IMG/VR virus record: IMGVR_UViG_3300036783_000170 | Coordinates: 1 to 64,000 of that record | DNA length: 64,000 nucleotides | Strand: one strand, 5' to 3' | DNA from: a virus | Lineage: Duplodnaviria; Caudoviricetes | In this document: positions 22,448-34,280 of the stretch, piece after piece | Layout: the number at the start of each line of letters is the position of its first letter | How positions within the stretch are numbered: position 1 is the first letter of the stretch | Program-made: the position numbers and the translations under genes | Notes under the pieces: model-generated | The model's input: only the letters and a program-made list of their open reading frames with translations | The model's database searches: none | Told to the model about the DNA's origin: nothing

Positions 22448-22925
22448 GTACGCGGCCGAGACCTCGGTCTCGCCGGAGAAGTCGCAGATGGAGATCAAGG
22501 CGACCCTGACCCGCTACGGCGCGGACAGCTTCGCGTTCGCGGAGAACCGCGAGGGCGCGGTGGTGATGTTCGAGGCGCACGGCCGCAAGGTCCGATTCGA
22601 CCTGCCGCTGCCCGACCCGGACGCCCGCGAGTTCAAGATCACCCCGAGCAACCGGATGCGCACCGACCAGGCCGCCATCAGGGCCGCGTACGAGCAGGCC
22701 GTACGGCAGCGCTGGCGGGCGCTCCTGCTCACCATCAAGGCGATGCTAGAGGCCATCGAGGTCGGGCTGCTGACCTTCGACCAGGCGTTCCTGGCGCACA
22801 TCATGGTCCAGGACGGCTCGACCGTCGGGGCCTCGCTGATCCACCGGCTGGACGAGATCAGCGACCAGCGGAGCCTGATGGCCCCGTTCCAGGCGCATCG
22901 AGAGATCGAGTCAGGAGAACAATGA
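22437..22925 (+). CDS. conserved phage hypothetical protein
   Basis: YAAETSVSPEKSQMEI..TL.RYGA...RQRWRALLL.IKA.LEAIE.G..TF.QAFLAHI, a widespread phage family. Confidence 0.7.
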   Translation: MPGKYAAETSVSPEKSQMEIKATLTRYGADSFAFAENREGAVVMFEAHGRKVRFDLPLPDPDAREFKITPSNRMRTDQAAIRAAYEQAVRQRWRALLLTIKAMLEAIEVGLLTFDQAFLAHIMVQDGSTVGASLIHRLDEISDQRSLMAPFQAHREIESGEQ

Positions 22926-25005
22926 GCTACGACGACACCGTCGACGCGCACGTGGCCGGGCTCGCAGGGACGATCAGGGAGTCGATCAGGGTCGCCCTCC
23001 GCGACCACCTGAGCGTCACCGAGAGGGCCGAGATGGAGCGCGAGCACGACCGGCCTGTGCTCCGGTACGACGAGGGCGACATCGCCGACACCTACTGTGG
23101 CGTACTGACCGGTGAGGGCGAGTTCTGCGACGACAAGGCTGGCATCGTCGGAGGGTACTACGTGCCTTGTGCCTACCACCTGATGTGCGAGCTGCGCAGC
23201 CTCCGGATCGCGCTGGCGATGACGCGCTCGGACCACGCTCAGCTCCTGGAGCGCTGGGCCAAGCTGGACGGCCAGGTCGAGCGCGTAGCCGACCTCCAGG
23301 GCTGGTTCGCTCGTCGGCAGGAGGCCGACACCTACGGCGGCCGTACGGTCGCCGACCTCATCCAGGAGTCGCTCGATGGCGACCCCGACAGGGAGAAGTG
23401 ATGGGAGACCGACCGACCCACGTGCGCGGCTACTGTCCTATGGGCTGCGGCCAGACGCTGCTCCTCACCGACGAGGACTCCGCCCAGTCCGACGGGCTGG
23501 CCGTCACGGTCTGCTGCGGTAACCCCGAGTGCCCGAGACCGCACGCGGTCGCCGAGATCATCGCCGACGCGGAGACCGAGCACCTCGTCACGTTCACCGA
23601 GAGCGACTGGACGATCAAGCACCCGCTGCGGGAGCGACTAAACGATGCGCTGCTCAAGTGCGAGCTGCCCTCGTTCGTCGGCCAGTTCTTCGCGCTCAAC
23701 TACGTGGACGCCGGCCGGTACCGGGTACGAAGCAAGCCCGGTGGCGGCTGGCTGCCCGCAGAGAAGCTGGAGGACTGATGAGCCAGCTCAAGGCGTGCCC
23801 TCCTGGCGAGTGTCAGTTCGGTGCGTGCGAGAACACGAGCTACAGCGACTACGGCTGCGGTAGCTGCTGCAGCTGCCAGGGGGTCTGCGCGCGGGTCTAC
23901 GTCGCCTGTATCTGCCCGGAGGTCTCGATCGGCGATAGCGCCCAGCAGTACCCGATCCCCCACCCACTCTGCAAGGTCCACGGGAAGGACACCATCTGAT
24001 GGAGAGCAAGAAGCGCACCGAAGAGCACGTCGTCACGCGGGAGCGGTTCGACCTGCTGGACATGGCCGACGAGGAGGTGCGCGTCCTGGTACTGGGGCTA
24101 GAGAAGATCGTCCGCGAGTACAACGACCCCACCAGCGTGACCCGGTCGATGGCGAAGCACGTGCTCAGCAAGCTGCCGGCCGAGTTCCTGACGGACGTCG
24201 CCGGCCCTTGGGCGGCGGCTCGATGAACGACCTGATCGAGGCCCTACAGCTGATGGCCACGCGGGCCACGCCGGAGTCCCCGACGTGGTGCACTCACGAC
24301 GAGCTGCACGTCGCTGGCGTCGACCCGGAGCTGTTCACCCCGGCGGAGATCGTCCGGCTGGACGAGCTGGGCTTCTTCGTGAGCGGGGACGGCGACTTCA
24401 TGTCGTTCCGGTTCGGGAGCGCCTGATGATCAGGCAGCTCCGCCTCACCAAGGGGGTCGATAGCGGCCGGACTCTGATCGAGAGGGCGCCGGACCGCTCG
24501 GAGGTCACCGTGGAGTGGTGGTCGATGGCCGCCGGAGAGAAGTGGCCGCGCGGCTACGTCAAGACCTCCCGCACCGGTGTCGTCATCACTGACGACGACT
24601 CCCGCTACGTGGAGTACCAGATCGTGCGCTGGTCACGCCGGAGAGAGACCCTGATCGTCCGCAAGGTCCGAGACGAGGTGAGGGCCGATGCCTGACTTCG
24701 ACATGCGCGCGACGATGCAGCGGACCGCCGAGTTCCTCGATCGCGTGCAGGCGCTGACCCCGCAGGAGATCACCCAGCAGCTCGTCCAGTGCGGCCGGTA
24801 CCAGATCTTTCAGGACTCCTCCGCTGTTGACGACGAGTACCTGATGATCTTGCAGGAGGAGGCCGTCGTTCGGATGGGCAGTGACGAGGTCTTGAGGAAG
24901 ATCGAGCACCTCATCCAAGACGGCGAAGAGCAGTACCGACCCCAGGTCGAGGTACTGGGCAACATCGCCGTCCTCCTCAGCATGCACCGAGCCGGAGAGG
25001 CGTGA
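22922..25005 (+). CDS. hypothetical proteins (22922-23401, 23401-23778, 23778-23999, 23999-24226, 24223-24426, 24426-24695, 24688-25005)
   Basis: Coupled ORFs with stop/start overlaps. Confidence 0.6.
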
Positions 25006-25053
25006 CGGAACTACCGACTCGCCCTTGTTCACTGACGTAGGAGGAGCACGCGC

Positions 25054-26082
25054 ATGACGCAGAGTTCATCGACTCGCGGCTGGTGGCTGGGGGCGGCGCA
25101 GGACTGCCTCGCCCGCATGGAGGAGACGGCGGCGAACGCCGACCCGACCCTGAACAAGAACGGCCCGACGTTCGCGGCCATGGCGCGGGCGGTAGGCGAG
25201 CACGTCGGCTGGGACGACCCGAGGGTCAAGCAGTGGTTCGACACGGCGCTCGCGGTCCGGTCGCCGTCCGGCGCCTGGGGCGTGGGCGCCTCGCTGGACG
25301 GGCTGCCGACGAACACCAACTTCATGATCACGACGGCCTGCTTCACCGCCCCGCACCTCGCCGCCGGCTTCGCCAACAACGTCGCCCCCAGCGGGTCGGA
25401 CCCGGGCAGGACGCTGGTCACGCAGGCGTCCATGGACCAGCTGCTGGACACCGTGCGCAACTGGCCGGCGTACGCGTACCCGTACGGGATATCGGGCCAG
25501 CCGGTCGCGCTCCCGGACTACTCCGCGAGCTACACGGGCGCCCCGACGAGCCAGCACTCCCAGGAGCGGATCTGGAACATCTCCGCCGCTGCCGCCGCGT
25601 TCCTGCTCTACAACCGGAACCGGCACAGCGTCGCAGCCGCGCAGTCGGACTGCCTCACCAAGGGCACCAACTGGAAGAACGGCGTCCAGTGGGCGATGAA
25701 CCGGCCCACCAACTTCGGCGGCTGGCTCTACCAGGGCATCTACACCACCGGTGGGTCGCCGACCCCGGTGCGCTCCGACGGCGGCCACAACTGGGTGTGC
25801 GCGAACCTCGTCCCGTGGCTGGGCACGGCGCCGATGATGACCCAGCTGGCCGCAGGGGTGGTGCCCGGGGACTCGATCGCCAACCCGTCCGACCCGTGGG
25901 CCGCGTACCTCGCTGGCGCGGTGGCGCTGATGGCGGAGCAGCCGGCCGCCGCCGGCTACCTCGACGTGCTGGTGGGGCGCGTCATCAACCGCGTGGACGC
26001 GAGCATGTCGAGCACCGACCCCGGCGGCCACGCGGTCAACGCCATCAACCTGCTGCACATGCACAAGAACGGGCTGCTGTAG
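25054..26082 (+). CDS. 342-aa protein, possibly alpha/alpha-barrel hydrolase-like
   Basis: Long ORF with RBS AGGAGG; Trp/Tyr/Asn-rich helical repeats (GAWG, GGWLY, HNWV); fold is a guess. Confidence 0.5.
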   Translation: MTQSSSTRGWWLGAAQDCLARMEETAANADPTLNKNGPTFAAMARAVGEHVGWDDPRVKQWFDTALAVRSPSGAWGVGASLDGLPTNTNFMITTACFTAPHLAAGFANNVAPSGSDPGRTLVTQASMDQLLDTVRNWPAYAYPYGISGQPVALPDYSASYTGAPTSQHSQERIWNISAAAAAFLLYNRNRHSVAAAQSDCLTKGTNWKNGVQWAMNRPTNFGGWLYQGIYTTGGSPTPVRSDGGHNWVCANLVPWLGTAPMMTQLAAGVVPGDSIANPSDPWAAYLAGAVALMAEQPAAAGYLDVLVGRVINRVDASMSSTDPGGHAVNAINLLHMHKNGLL

Positions 26083-28587
26083 TGGGGGTCCGGATCTCGT
26101 TCGCCACCGAGGACATGGGCACCGCCTTCGCGTACGTGGAGGCGGTGCCCCGGGTCGGCGAGGTGGTCGCCCTGCTCGACTACGACAACAAGGTGCACCA
26201 CCTCGCGGTCGACGCCGTCGTCCACTCGTTCGGCTTGTCCGAGCACGATGGTGACGAGGCCCGGCTCCGCGAGGTCGCCGTCTTCCTGAGGGGCAAGACC
26301 AAGAGCTGATTGCAGGCAAGGATCCTTACTGATACCGTCCGTCCCGACCCGCCAGAGAGATCGAAGAGGGGACCCCCATGACGACTACCGTCACCACGCG
26401 CGACCAGCGGATCGTGCTGCACTGCCTGAGCTGCGAGGGCGACCCGGTCATCCACGAGTCGTCGTACCTCTTCGAGGAGGCGCTCGACAACCTCGTGCAG
26501 GCCGCCGAGCAGCACTTCCAGGAGGCCCACGATGCCTGAGGACCCCCGGGAGCGAGAGCCGCTGTGGTGGTACGAGCGCGGCTCTGCCGAGTGGGAGAGG
26601 CTGGTCTCCGAGGCCACCGACGACACCGACTGGGACGCCCTGGAGGCCAACGCCCGTAGCGAGCACTACTACTGGGCGACGTTCACGCCGCCAGGTGCGC
26701 GGATGCCGCTGAGGATCGGACCCCGCACCCTCGACTACATCTTCGACGCCATGAGCTACGCGGGAGTGCCAGTGCGCACAGACATGGATCAGTCATGATG
26801 GCGCGGCTATGGCGCCGGGTGGTATGGCTGTGGCTCGGTGTCGTCTGGGAGGTCGCGACGGTGATGGGGCGCGAGGAGCGGGCAGCGTACGAGGAGGACT
26901 GGATGTTCGCCGACGTGCTGGGGGCCAGCCCGTACCGGGAGGACCCGCACGTCGTCTCCCGGGGCCGGCACCGGGGCGAGGAGGTCTCCCAGCTCGTAGA
27001 CCACGTCGGCCGGCACCGCGCCTGGTACGACCCGGCCGACCACCTGGCGCCCTGGCGCGCGTAGATCTCCAAAGATCTTTAGAGTAAGATGGACGAATTG
27101 ACTGAGAGGACCGACATGCCGTTGCCGATATCCGAGAGGGAACCAGCAGCCGATGGCTCTACCCCCTACTTCGATAGATGGGACGAGCTGTATAAGGCCG
27201 CGTACAGGGCGGTGATGTTCGGGGACGAGAAGATCTCCAAGACAGAGAGGCTGGAGCGCGCCAAGTACTTCTTCGACGCCGCCGGTTACGAGTTTATCCG
27301 CTGGGTCCAGGTGAACTACCAGAATCGCCCTCAGCTACCCGCGCAGGACTGGTCCGGCGTCGTGCCGAAGCTCGGCCCGCTCATCGGCGTGTCTCTGGCC
27401 ACCACCAAGCACCCCGAGCAGGACCGCATGGAGATGCTCGCCCTCCGCGCTCGCGCTGAGGAGGCAGAGCGCGTGGTGGAGCAGGAGCGGCTCAACAAGG
27501 AGGGGATGCGCAAGACAATCCAGGTCGTCCGGGAGGACTACGAGGAGCGCCTCTCGGTCCTGCGGCGGTCATATGACTCTCACCACGACGCCGTCGAGCG
27601 GGTGCAGCTACTGCTGGACTTCATCGCCGGAGCGAACCCGGACGCGGCGATGCTCACGCACGTAGAGAAGTTGCTAAGGCCGGTGCTAGCGAGCGTCGTG
27701 CCGTACGAGCCGGAAGACGACTCAGACAGCTGGACGGAGAGCAACTCTTGACATCATATGATCTCGATGAGTCCGTCGAGACGGCGTGCGCCGAGACCGA
27801 CTGCGACGCCGCGATCCACTGCGGCGACCAGTACCTGTGCGGGGGCTGCGAGGACTTCTTCTGCGACGAGCACATGGTCGTGATAGCCGAGGGCGAGCGG
27901 TGGACGCAGGTGTGCGTCGAGTGCGACCGAGAGGAGGAGGAAGAGGATGAGCAAGACTGACCTGGCCGCGCTGAGGGACTGCCCCGACTGCGGGGTCGCC
28001 CCCGGCGGTAGCCACAAGATGGGGTGCGACGTGGAGCGCTGCCCCGGCTGCGGCTGGCAGCGGATCCAGTGCGACAGCGAGGACCACCAGCTCATGCCGG
28101 ACGGCCCGTGGGATGGCGTCTGGCCCGGGGTAGAGGAGTGCCAGGAGTACGGCTGGTACGTCCGCGTCAACCCGCCCGGCGTGACGCCGTGCTTCCAGCC
28201 GGCGACCGTCGAAGAAGCTGACCACCAGGACGTGACGGAGGACCTCAACACGCTCGGTAGGGAGGCCGCCCTCGGCCACCTGGTGTGGGACCGTGAGCTG
28301 GTGCGCTGGGTGCGGGCGTGAGGGGCTCCGACATCACGGACCTGCGGTTCCTGCTGGCGATGCGGGACGTGCGCCTGGGCGCCCGCGTGTACTCCGAGAC
28401 CGTCAGCCGGTGGGACCTGGCGTCGGCCCTGGACTCGGTGCCCGAGAGGGTGCTGCTCTCCAAGGCGAGCAAGGTGATCAAGCGCGGCCTGGTGACCGGC
28501 TGCGCCTGCGGGTGCCGGGGCGACTTCGCCCTCACCGAGAAGGGCATCGCCCTGCTGGTCGAGCACGGCGGAGACGTACAGCTCTAA
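26082..28587 (+). CDS. hypothetical proteins (26082-26309, 26378-~26539, 26532-26798, 26795-27064, 27116-27751, 27748-27960, 27947-28321, 28318-28587)
   Basis: Coupled ORFs; 27947 has CPDCGV.PG..H..GCDVERCP.CG.Q.IQC, a Zn-binding phage motif. Confidence 0.6.
26310..26359 (+). promoter_or_regulatory. promoter/operator unit
   Basis: TTGCAG-N17-TACCGT, AAGGATCCTT 26318-26327, GCCAGAGAG 26351-26359. Confidence 0.7.
27062..27090 (+). promoter_or_regulatory. promoter/operator variant with compensatory palindrome
   Basis: TAGATC-N17-TAAGAT with AAAGATCTTT 27071-27080. Confidence 0.65.
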
Positions 28588-28620
28588 GGATCTTTATGGT
28601 ACGATGGGCAGGCCAGAGAG
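28580..28620 (+). promoter_or_regulatory. promoter/operator unit
   Basis: AAGGATCTTT 28586-28595, TGGTACGAT, GCCAGAGAG 28612-28620. Confidence 0.75.
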
Positions 28621-28632
28621 TACCCAGCGACC

Positions 28633-29079
28633 TTGGAGGATCACGTGTTCGAGCCTAAGCCTGGCGCCCCCAGGACGATCCTCGTCGATGTCGACGGGAC
28701 GGTGGCCCTCCGTGGCGACCGGTCGCCGTACGACGAGACCCGGGTGCACGAGGACCTGCCTAACCCGCCGGTGGTCGAGGTCGTGAGGGCCATGCACGCC
28801 CGGGGCCTCAAGGTGATCTTCTGCTCCGGTCGGACCGACGCCTGCTACGAGGCCACCAGCCTCTGGATCAAGCAGAACGTGCTCGCCGAGCCCACCCACC
28901 TGTTCATGCGCAAGGCCGGCGACACCCGCAAGGACTCGATCGTGAAGCGGGAGATGTTCGACCAGCACATCCGCGACCGGTTCGATGTCCAGTTCGTCCT
29001 GGATGACCGGAATCAGGTCGTCGAGATGTGGCGCTCCCTGGGCCTGACGGTCCTGCAGGTCGCCGATGGAAACTTCTAG
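28633..29079 (+). CDS. HAD-family 3'-phosphatase (T4 polynucleotide kinase C-terminal-like)
   Basis: ILVDVDGTVA.RGDRSPYD...D.PN..V...FCSGR...LFMR..GD.RKD.IVK.E.F...FVLDDRNQVV.MWR.LGL.VLQV. Confidence 0.88.
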   Translation: MEDHVFEPKPGAPRTILVDVDGTVALRGDRSPYDETRVHEDLPNPPVVEVVRAMHARGLKVIFCSGRTDACYEATSLWIKQNVLAEPTHLFMRKAGDTRKDSIVKREMFDQHIRDRFDVQFVLDDRNQVVEMWRSLGLTVLQVADGNF

Positions 29080-29090
29080 GAGGAACCAGG

Positions 29091-31128
29091 ATGAATGACA
29101 CCTGCCCGACCTGCGGGCCCGGCTACCGGTACGGCGACGAGGGCTGCCGGCACGAGCCATCGCGCGTGTTCGACTTCCCGCTCCGGGTCGACCCGGAGGT
29201 GCCGGACGACGAGGTCCGCGTCGAGCCCCCGGAGGGGCTGACCGAGATCCAGCGGATCAACGCGCGGCTGGAGAGGCTGGAGACGTTCGTCCGGATCACG
29301 TCAGCCCACCACCCGCTCCGCGACCTGCCAGCCGAGCTGAACCGGGCCATGGTGGATAAGAACAATGCCGAGTACCAGCTCGGGTTCGTCCGGCACAAGC
29401 TTGCCAACGAGCAGGAGCGCTACGAGTCCGCCCGAGCGCGGGCGGCGGCCGCCGAGGCCGAGCGCGACGAGGGGAAGAAGGACCTCGACGCTTTCGTGTC
29501 GACGGTCAACCACGTCATTGAGATCCTTGACGGTGCGGGAGTCCCCGATGAGGGGCGTACCGTGCAGCAGCGAGTCGGCCAGCTCGTGCACATGTTCGAC
29601 CTCGCGCAGGCGCAGCATGTCGAGGTGGTCCGTCTCCTCAAGGCCGCCGAGGCCAAGCTGGCCAAGGTCGCGGACGGTAGACCGTGAGCCGGCATAGCGC
29701 CGACGACCGCCGCAGCGAGCTACGTGGCGAGGTCTGCGGGGTGGGGCACCCGGACCGGCCAGAGGTGCTCTGCGACAAGCACGTTCCATGTTTCGGCCAG
29801 CACTCCAGCGTGGCGCACCTGACGAGCTGGCCTGGCCGGTCGGTGCCCAACCGCAAGAGCAGGACGGTGGAGATGACGAAGATCGCCAACGCAGCAGCCC
29901 GGAGGACGACGTGAGCGACTTCTTCGACGGCCCCCTACCGACCGAGCAGGAGAAGGTCCTGCACCACCTGCGGGTCGGGAGCAGTGTGGATGTCAGTAAG
30001 AGGGCTCTCTCTCACCTGAGACTCCCCAGCGGCGTCCACAACGCGACGCTGGAGGTCTCCGACCAGGAGAGGTTCATCCAGGACGAGCTGGCGTTCAAGC
30101 TCACCGCCTACGTGCTGGCCGACCACCTGCCCCCGGAGCGGTACGAGGCCGGCACGGTGGTGGAGTTCAAGCAGCCGGCGTCCTGGTGGCAGCACTGGAA
30201 GCTGGCCCACTCTCGCGGGCGCCTGCTCGGCTGGGTGGCTCGGCGGTGGCCCGTCCAGATGCTCACCGTGACCGAGCCCGTCACGCTCGCCGTGGACCTG
30301 CACAAGGCGTACGCGTTCCCCGAGGCGCCCTCGATGGAGTGGCCCCACGAGCAGCTCGGCCGGCCGGTGCGGATGCACTACCTGAGGACCGAGTTCTTCG
30401 GGACCGAGTCGCGCTTCGAGGTCGAGTGATGGCTGCCGGGCAGATCTTCACCCTGGTGATGCTGGCGATCGTCGCGATCTGCTACCTGGTCTTCTTGCGG
30501 GTCGCCTGGAAGGCCCGGCACGAGCACAAGCGTAAGTTCCCCGTCGAGGCGGACATCGTGGAGGAGGAGCGCGACCTGTGAGCGAGGAGGAGACCACGGC
30601 GAAGATCGCCGCGCTGTACGACGTGCCGGTGGAGATCGTGCAGGACTACTACGGCCTGCATCAGTTCCAGAGCGACACAGAGGCGCTCGGTATGAAGATC
30701 GTGAACGAGGAGGTCGCCGCCGTCGAGGAAGTCGTCAGAGAGCGGCTGAAGAGGCTCGGTCGGTGATGGCTGACTTCGCCGATGGTCTCGACGTGGTGGC
30801 CAATGTGTTGACGGTCCCGTGGTGGGTCTTCATCTCCATCAGCATCGCCGACACCTTCGGCTCCAAAGGATCGGGACTCAGGCGCGTGACGAGCTGGCTG
30901 GTCGTGGAGATGCTGCCGTGGGCCATATTGATAGTGGCCGTCGAGACCGCCGACTCCCTGGTTCGCCATAGGTGGGTATCGGCAGTACTGAACGGCGTCA
31001 TCCTCGTCTTGTACCTGCTGCGCTGGCACCATAACGACGACGACCGGTGGAAGCGCAGGCGCCGGAGGCTGGTCGAGAAGGTCAAGCAGCTCGGCTCCCG
31101 GCTGGTGGTCGCGCCCAGCGAGACGTAG
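29091..31128 (+). CDS. hypothetical proteins (29091-29687 coiled-coil, 29911-30429, 30429-30581, 30578-30766, 30766-31128 membrane)
   Basis: Coupled ORFs; 30766 has three hydrophobic segments. Confidence 0.6.
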
Positions 31129-31130
31129 CA

Positions 31131-31162
31131 CTGTCCTACCTGCTGACCCACCTCCGAATGAG
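31131..31162 (+). promoter_or_regulatory. putative late promoter CTGTCC-N18-CGAATGAG
   Basis: Sits at the boundary into the head module; same spacing recurs upstream of other virion genes. Confidence 0.65.
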
Positions 31163-31170
31163 CAAGGGAG

Positions 31171-31917
31171 GTGGGTCGCTTGCGTCATGACGCGGCACGA
31201 CCGAAGAAGCTGGTCGCCGAGGACCAGGAGTCCACGGCGGCGGAGCCGATGAGAGGCAGCCAGCCGTCCGTGCGCCGCAACCCCTCCACAGATCAGAAGA
31301 AGACGCGCCGGCAGATGCAGCGATCCCAGCAGAGGACCGCCATCAGCGTCTGCGCGGCCTGTCAGGCGTCGTCAGCCGGACCCTGCCAGTCATGCGGCTG
31401 CACCCTCGTCACGAGGGCGACCGTGCTCCCTACCAACGCGGAGCGACTGCAGTCGGGCCACGTCCTGCGGCTGCCGTCCGGCCAACGGGTCAAGGTCAAG
31501 GGCGTCAGGCCGCACGAGAACAGCGGCGGCCACCTGTACCTGGACACCGACATAGGCACCAGCGTGGTGGACCGCAAGGCCCAGTTCCACGTCATGCAGG
31601 GCGACGCCGCCGAGCGCGGCGCCCCGTTCAAGCAGCCGACCAACCGCGAGACCCCCGGCAACTTCAACACCAACCTGGCCGAGTCCACGGAGAAGCCCGA
31701 GGCCGCCCCGGCGGCCGGCAAGTGCCCCAACTGCGGCAAGGGTCCGCTGGTCAACCACGGGGGCAAGATGGTGTGCCGGAACTGCGGCTACACCAGCTCC
31801 GGCGGCGACTCCGACTTCGGCGACGCAGGGTACCGACGCCCCACCGCCTTCCTGCACGACGGCATGACGGCCGTAGCCCGGCGAGCCCAGACGCTCGTGG
31901 AGAGGACAGAACAGTGA
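31171..31917 (+). CDS. head-module protein with Zn-ribbon motifs
   Basis: CAAC...CQSCGC and CPNCG...CRNCGY; first gene after the late-type promoter. Confidence 0.65.
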   Translation: MGRLRHDAARPKKLVAEDQESTAAEPMRGSQPSVRRNPSTDQKKTRRQMQRSQQRTAISVCAACQASSAGPCQSCGCTLVTRATVLPTNAERLQSGHVLRLPSGQRVKVKGVRPHENSGGHLYLDTDIGTSVVDRKAQFHVMQGDAAERGAPFKQPTNRETPGNFNTNLAESTEKPEAAPAAGKCPNCGKGPLVNHGGKMVCRNCGYTSSGGDSDFGDAGYRRPTAFLHDGMTAVARRAQTLVERTEQ

Positions 31918-34280
31918 CCACCCGAGCAGACATCTTGCGGTCCATCAACGCGGCCCGCTCCGGCGAGGAGCAGCGGCTAGCGGTGCTCGCCCTGGACGCC
32001 TACGACCGGCAGGTCGTCGCGCGCCAGCGGTCCGACCGAGAGCTGGACCTGACCAACCGCGTCGTCCAGGACCGGATGGTCGCGGTCGCCACGCACGAGC
32101 GGTCCACCATCCAGACCGACTGGCTCGGCGACGTGACCGCCTCGGCCGGACCGGACGCCGAGCAGAAGGTGATGGCCGAGGCCGCCCTCTGGTACCGGGG
32201 CACGCCGGAGATGGTGCGCCAGGACGCCGAGGAGTTCACCATCCAGGCGCAGGGCAAGGCCCGGCGCGTCGCCAGCGCGTACGGCGAGTCGGCCGAGGCG
32301 CTGGAGCGGTCGTTCCTGAACTACGTCGCGTTCCTGAGCCGGCAGGCAGCCAGCGGGCTGGACCAGGTCCAGCAGCTGGTGGACTCGCACGAGGACCCGA
32401 AGCGGACCCCGCTGCCGACCGAGGTCTTCGACACCTTCCAGCCCGAGGTCGACCCGGTCAACGCGGGCGTCACCGGCACCGAGACCTCCGAGCGCGCCCC
32501 GCTGATGCAGGAGATCATGCAGGGCGACGCGTACGGCGAGGGACCGGAGAAGCCGGGAGGGCACTCCACCAGCTTCGACGGCTCCGGCGGATACTCCGAG
32601 GTGCCCGCCGACGCCGCCGACGCGCACCGGACGGCGGCGGTCAACCAGCTGCTCACCCTCGATGACTACCGGCTGCAGTTCGCCGCCGAGGCCCGGAGGG
32701 CGGACCCAAAAGAAGGTAGCTCCCACGAGGGGCGCATCGACCACGAGACCAGCAGCGACGGGCCCCGGATCCCGAGCCTGCCCGGCGCCCCGTCGGACTC
32801 GAAGGCCCGCGAGTACCAGGACGAGTTCGAGGAGAACACGAAGAGGCTGCGGGACGAGTTCGAGGAGAACGAGCGCTCGCGCAAGCAGGGCGCGTCCGGG
32901 CTGGACGAGGTCCAGCAGGTCGTGAACCCGCACGAGGACCCCGCCCCGACGCCGATGCCGACGGACGTGGCCTTCCCGTGGGTGGACGGGCAGGACGAGT
33001 ACGAGCAGGACCACCCCGGCCAGAAGGCCGCCGTGGCCCGGCACCGGCTGGTGGCCTCGATCCTGAGCAAGGAGCCGGCCTCCGTCACTCGTGCTGAGCT
33101 GCGGGAAGTGCTCTCGTTCGCCAAGGACGTGCGCGGCGGCGAGTACGCCAGCACGATGGCGGCGAAGCTGGCCAGCGCCGACACCGGCCCGAGCACCTGG
33201 CACCAGGCCGTCTACCACCTCGGGGTGGCTGATCCTGAGGTCGCGCGTACTGCAGTCAAGAAGACCGCAGACCAGTGGACCGCGCCGCACGAGGTCCCCG
33301 GCGGCCAGGTCGCCAACTCGCCGGCCACCACGCCGGAGTCGTCGAAGGGCACGTACGCGGACGGGTACGCGGAGGGCGGCGAGGACGCCAGGTCCGGCGA
33401 GGCCCCCACCTTCGCGGACGCGTCCAGCCACGCTCCGGAGTTCGTCCAGGGCCACACCAAGGGCTACCAGGACGCCAAGCAGACCGTCGAGAAGGGCCTG
33501 CCCAAGGACGAGCCGGCCTCGATGGGCGGCCAGGCCGCGCAGACCCCCGGCGCCGACGCCACCAGTAACCCGTACGCCGACCCCGGCGGCCGGTCGTACG
33601 CGAGGAAGATCTCCAGCCTCGTCAGCACCACGGCGGCCCGGCAGGACGCGGACTTCCTCAAGGGCATGCGGTACGCCCAGAAGTGGCGCCCAGGGCGTCC
33701 GCTGGTGACGCAGGGCTCCGCCGAGTTCGAGGGCGGCCTGTACGCGGGCATCAGCGACAACGCCGACAACCAGTACGCCTGGGTCGCGGAGCACCAGCGG
33801 CTCGCCCGGCGGGACCAGCGGTTCGCGGACCGGATCAGTCGGCACGCGGAGTACAGCGAGACGGTGGCTACCGACCTGCGGGCCATGGTCGTCGGGCCGT
33901 ACCTGCGGCTGGAGGCGGCCACGTCCACCGACCTGGACACCACGGCGCCGAACACCAGCCCCAGCCCGGTCGGGGACACCCCGATCAACGGGCCCGGCAA
34001 GGTCCCCCCGCTGGCTGGCCAGGAGGACCCGGCCGCCGCTGGTGGACCTGCGCCATATAATTCAGCTCCTCCCTACGGCAAACCTGTGGTTCCGCAGGGA
34101 GAGATGGCTGCCGGTACAGGGTCAAATACGACCATCAATACCACCATAGGTGGTCCGATGGATCAGGCCGCTGAAGAACGTCGACGCATGCGCCCTACCA
34201 CCTTGGCCTTTAGGCATCGAGTACAAGCGTCTCTGGTGCAGGACCGTCAGGAGAGGGTGAATGCCAGCTCTCGCCCTTGA
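31914..34280 (+). CDS. large acidic head-associated protein (788 aa) with internal repeat and slippery site
   Basis: GTG 31914 coupled to the upstream stop; duplicated ASGLDxVQQxVxxHEDP.xTPxPT motif; C-CCA-AAA at 32705. Confidence 0.75.
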   Translation: MTTRADILRSINAARSGEEQRLAVLALDAYDRQVVARQRSDRELDLTNRVVQDRMVAVATHERSTIQTDWLGDVTASAGPDAEQKVMAEAALWYRGTPEMVRQDAEEFTIQAQGKARRVASAYGESAEALERSFLNYVAFLSRQAASGLDQVQQLVDSHEDPKRTPLPTEVFDTFQPEVDPVNAGVTGTETSERAPLMQEIMQGDAYGEGPEKPGGHSTSFDGSGGYSEVPADAADAHRTAAVNQLLTLDDYRLQFAAEARRADPKEGSSHEGRIDHETSSDGPRIPSLPGAPSDSKAREYQDEFEENTKRLRDEFEENERSRKQGASGLDEVQQVVNPHEDPAPTPMPTDVAFPWVDGQDEYEQDHPGQKAAVARHRLVASILSKEPASVTRAELREVLSFAKDVRGGEYASTMAAKLASADTGPSTWHQAVYHLGVADPEVARTAVKKTADQWTAPHEVPGGQVANSPATTPESSKGTYADGYAEGGEDARSGEAPTFADASSHAPEFVQGHTKGYQDAKQTVEKGLPKDEPASMGGQAAQTPGADATSNPYADPGGRSYARKISSLVSTTAARQDADFLKGMRYAQKWRPGRPLVTQGSAEFEGGLYAGISDNADNQYAWVAEHQRLARRDQRFADRISRHAEYSETVATDLRAMVVGPYLRLEAATSTDLDTTAPNTSPSPVGDTPINGPGKVPPLAGQEDPAAAGGPAPYNSAPPYGKPVVPQGEMAAGTGSNTTINTTIGGPMDQAAEERRRMRPTTLAFRHRVQASLVQDRQERVNASSRP

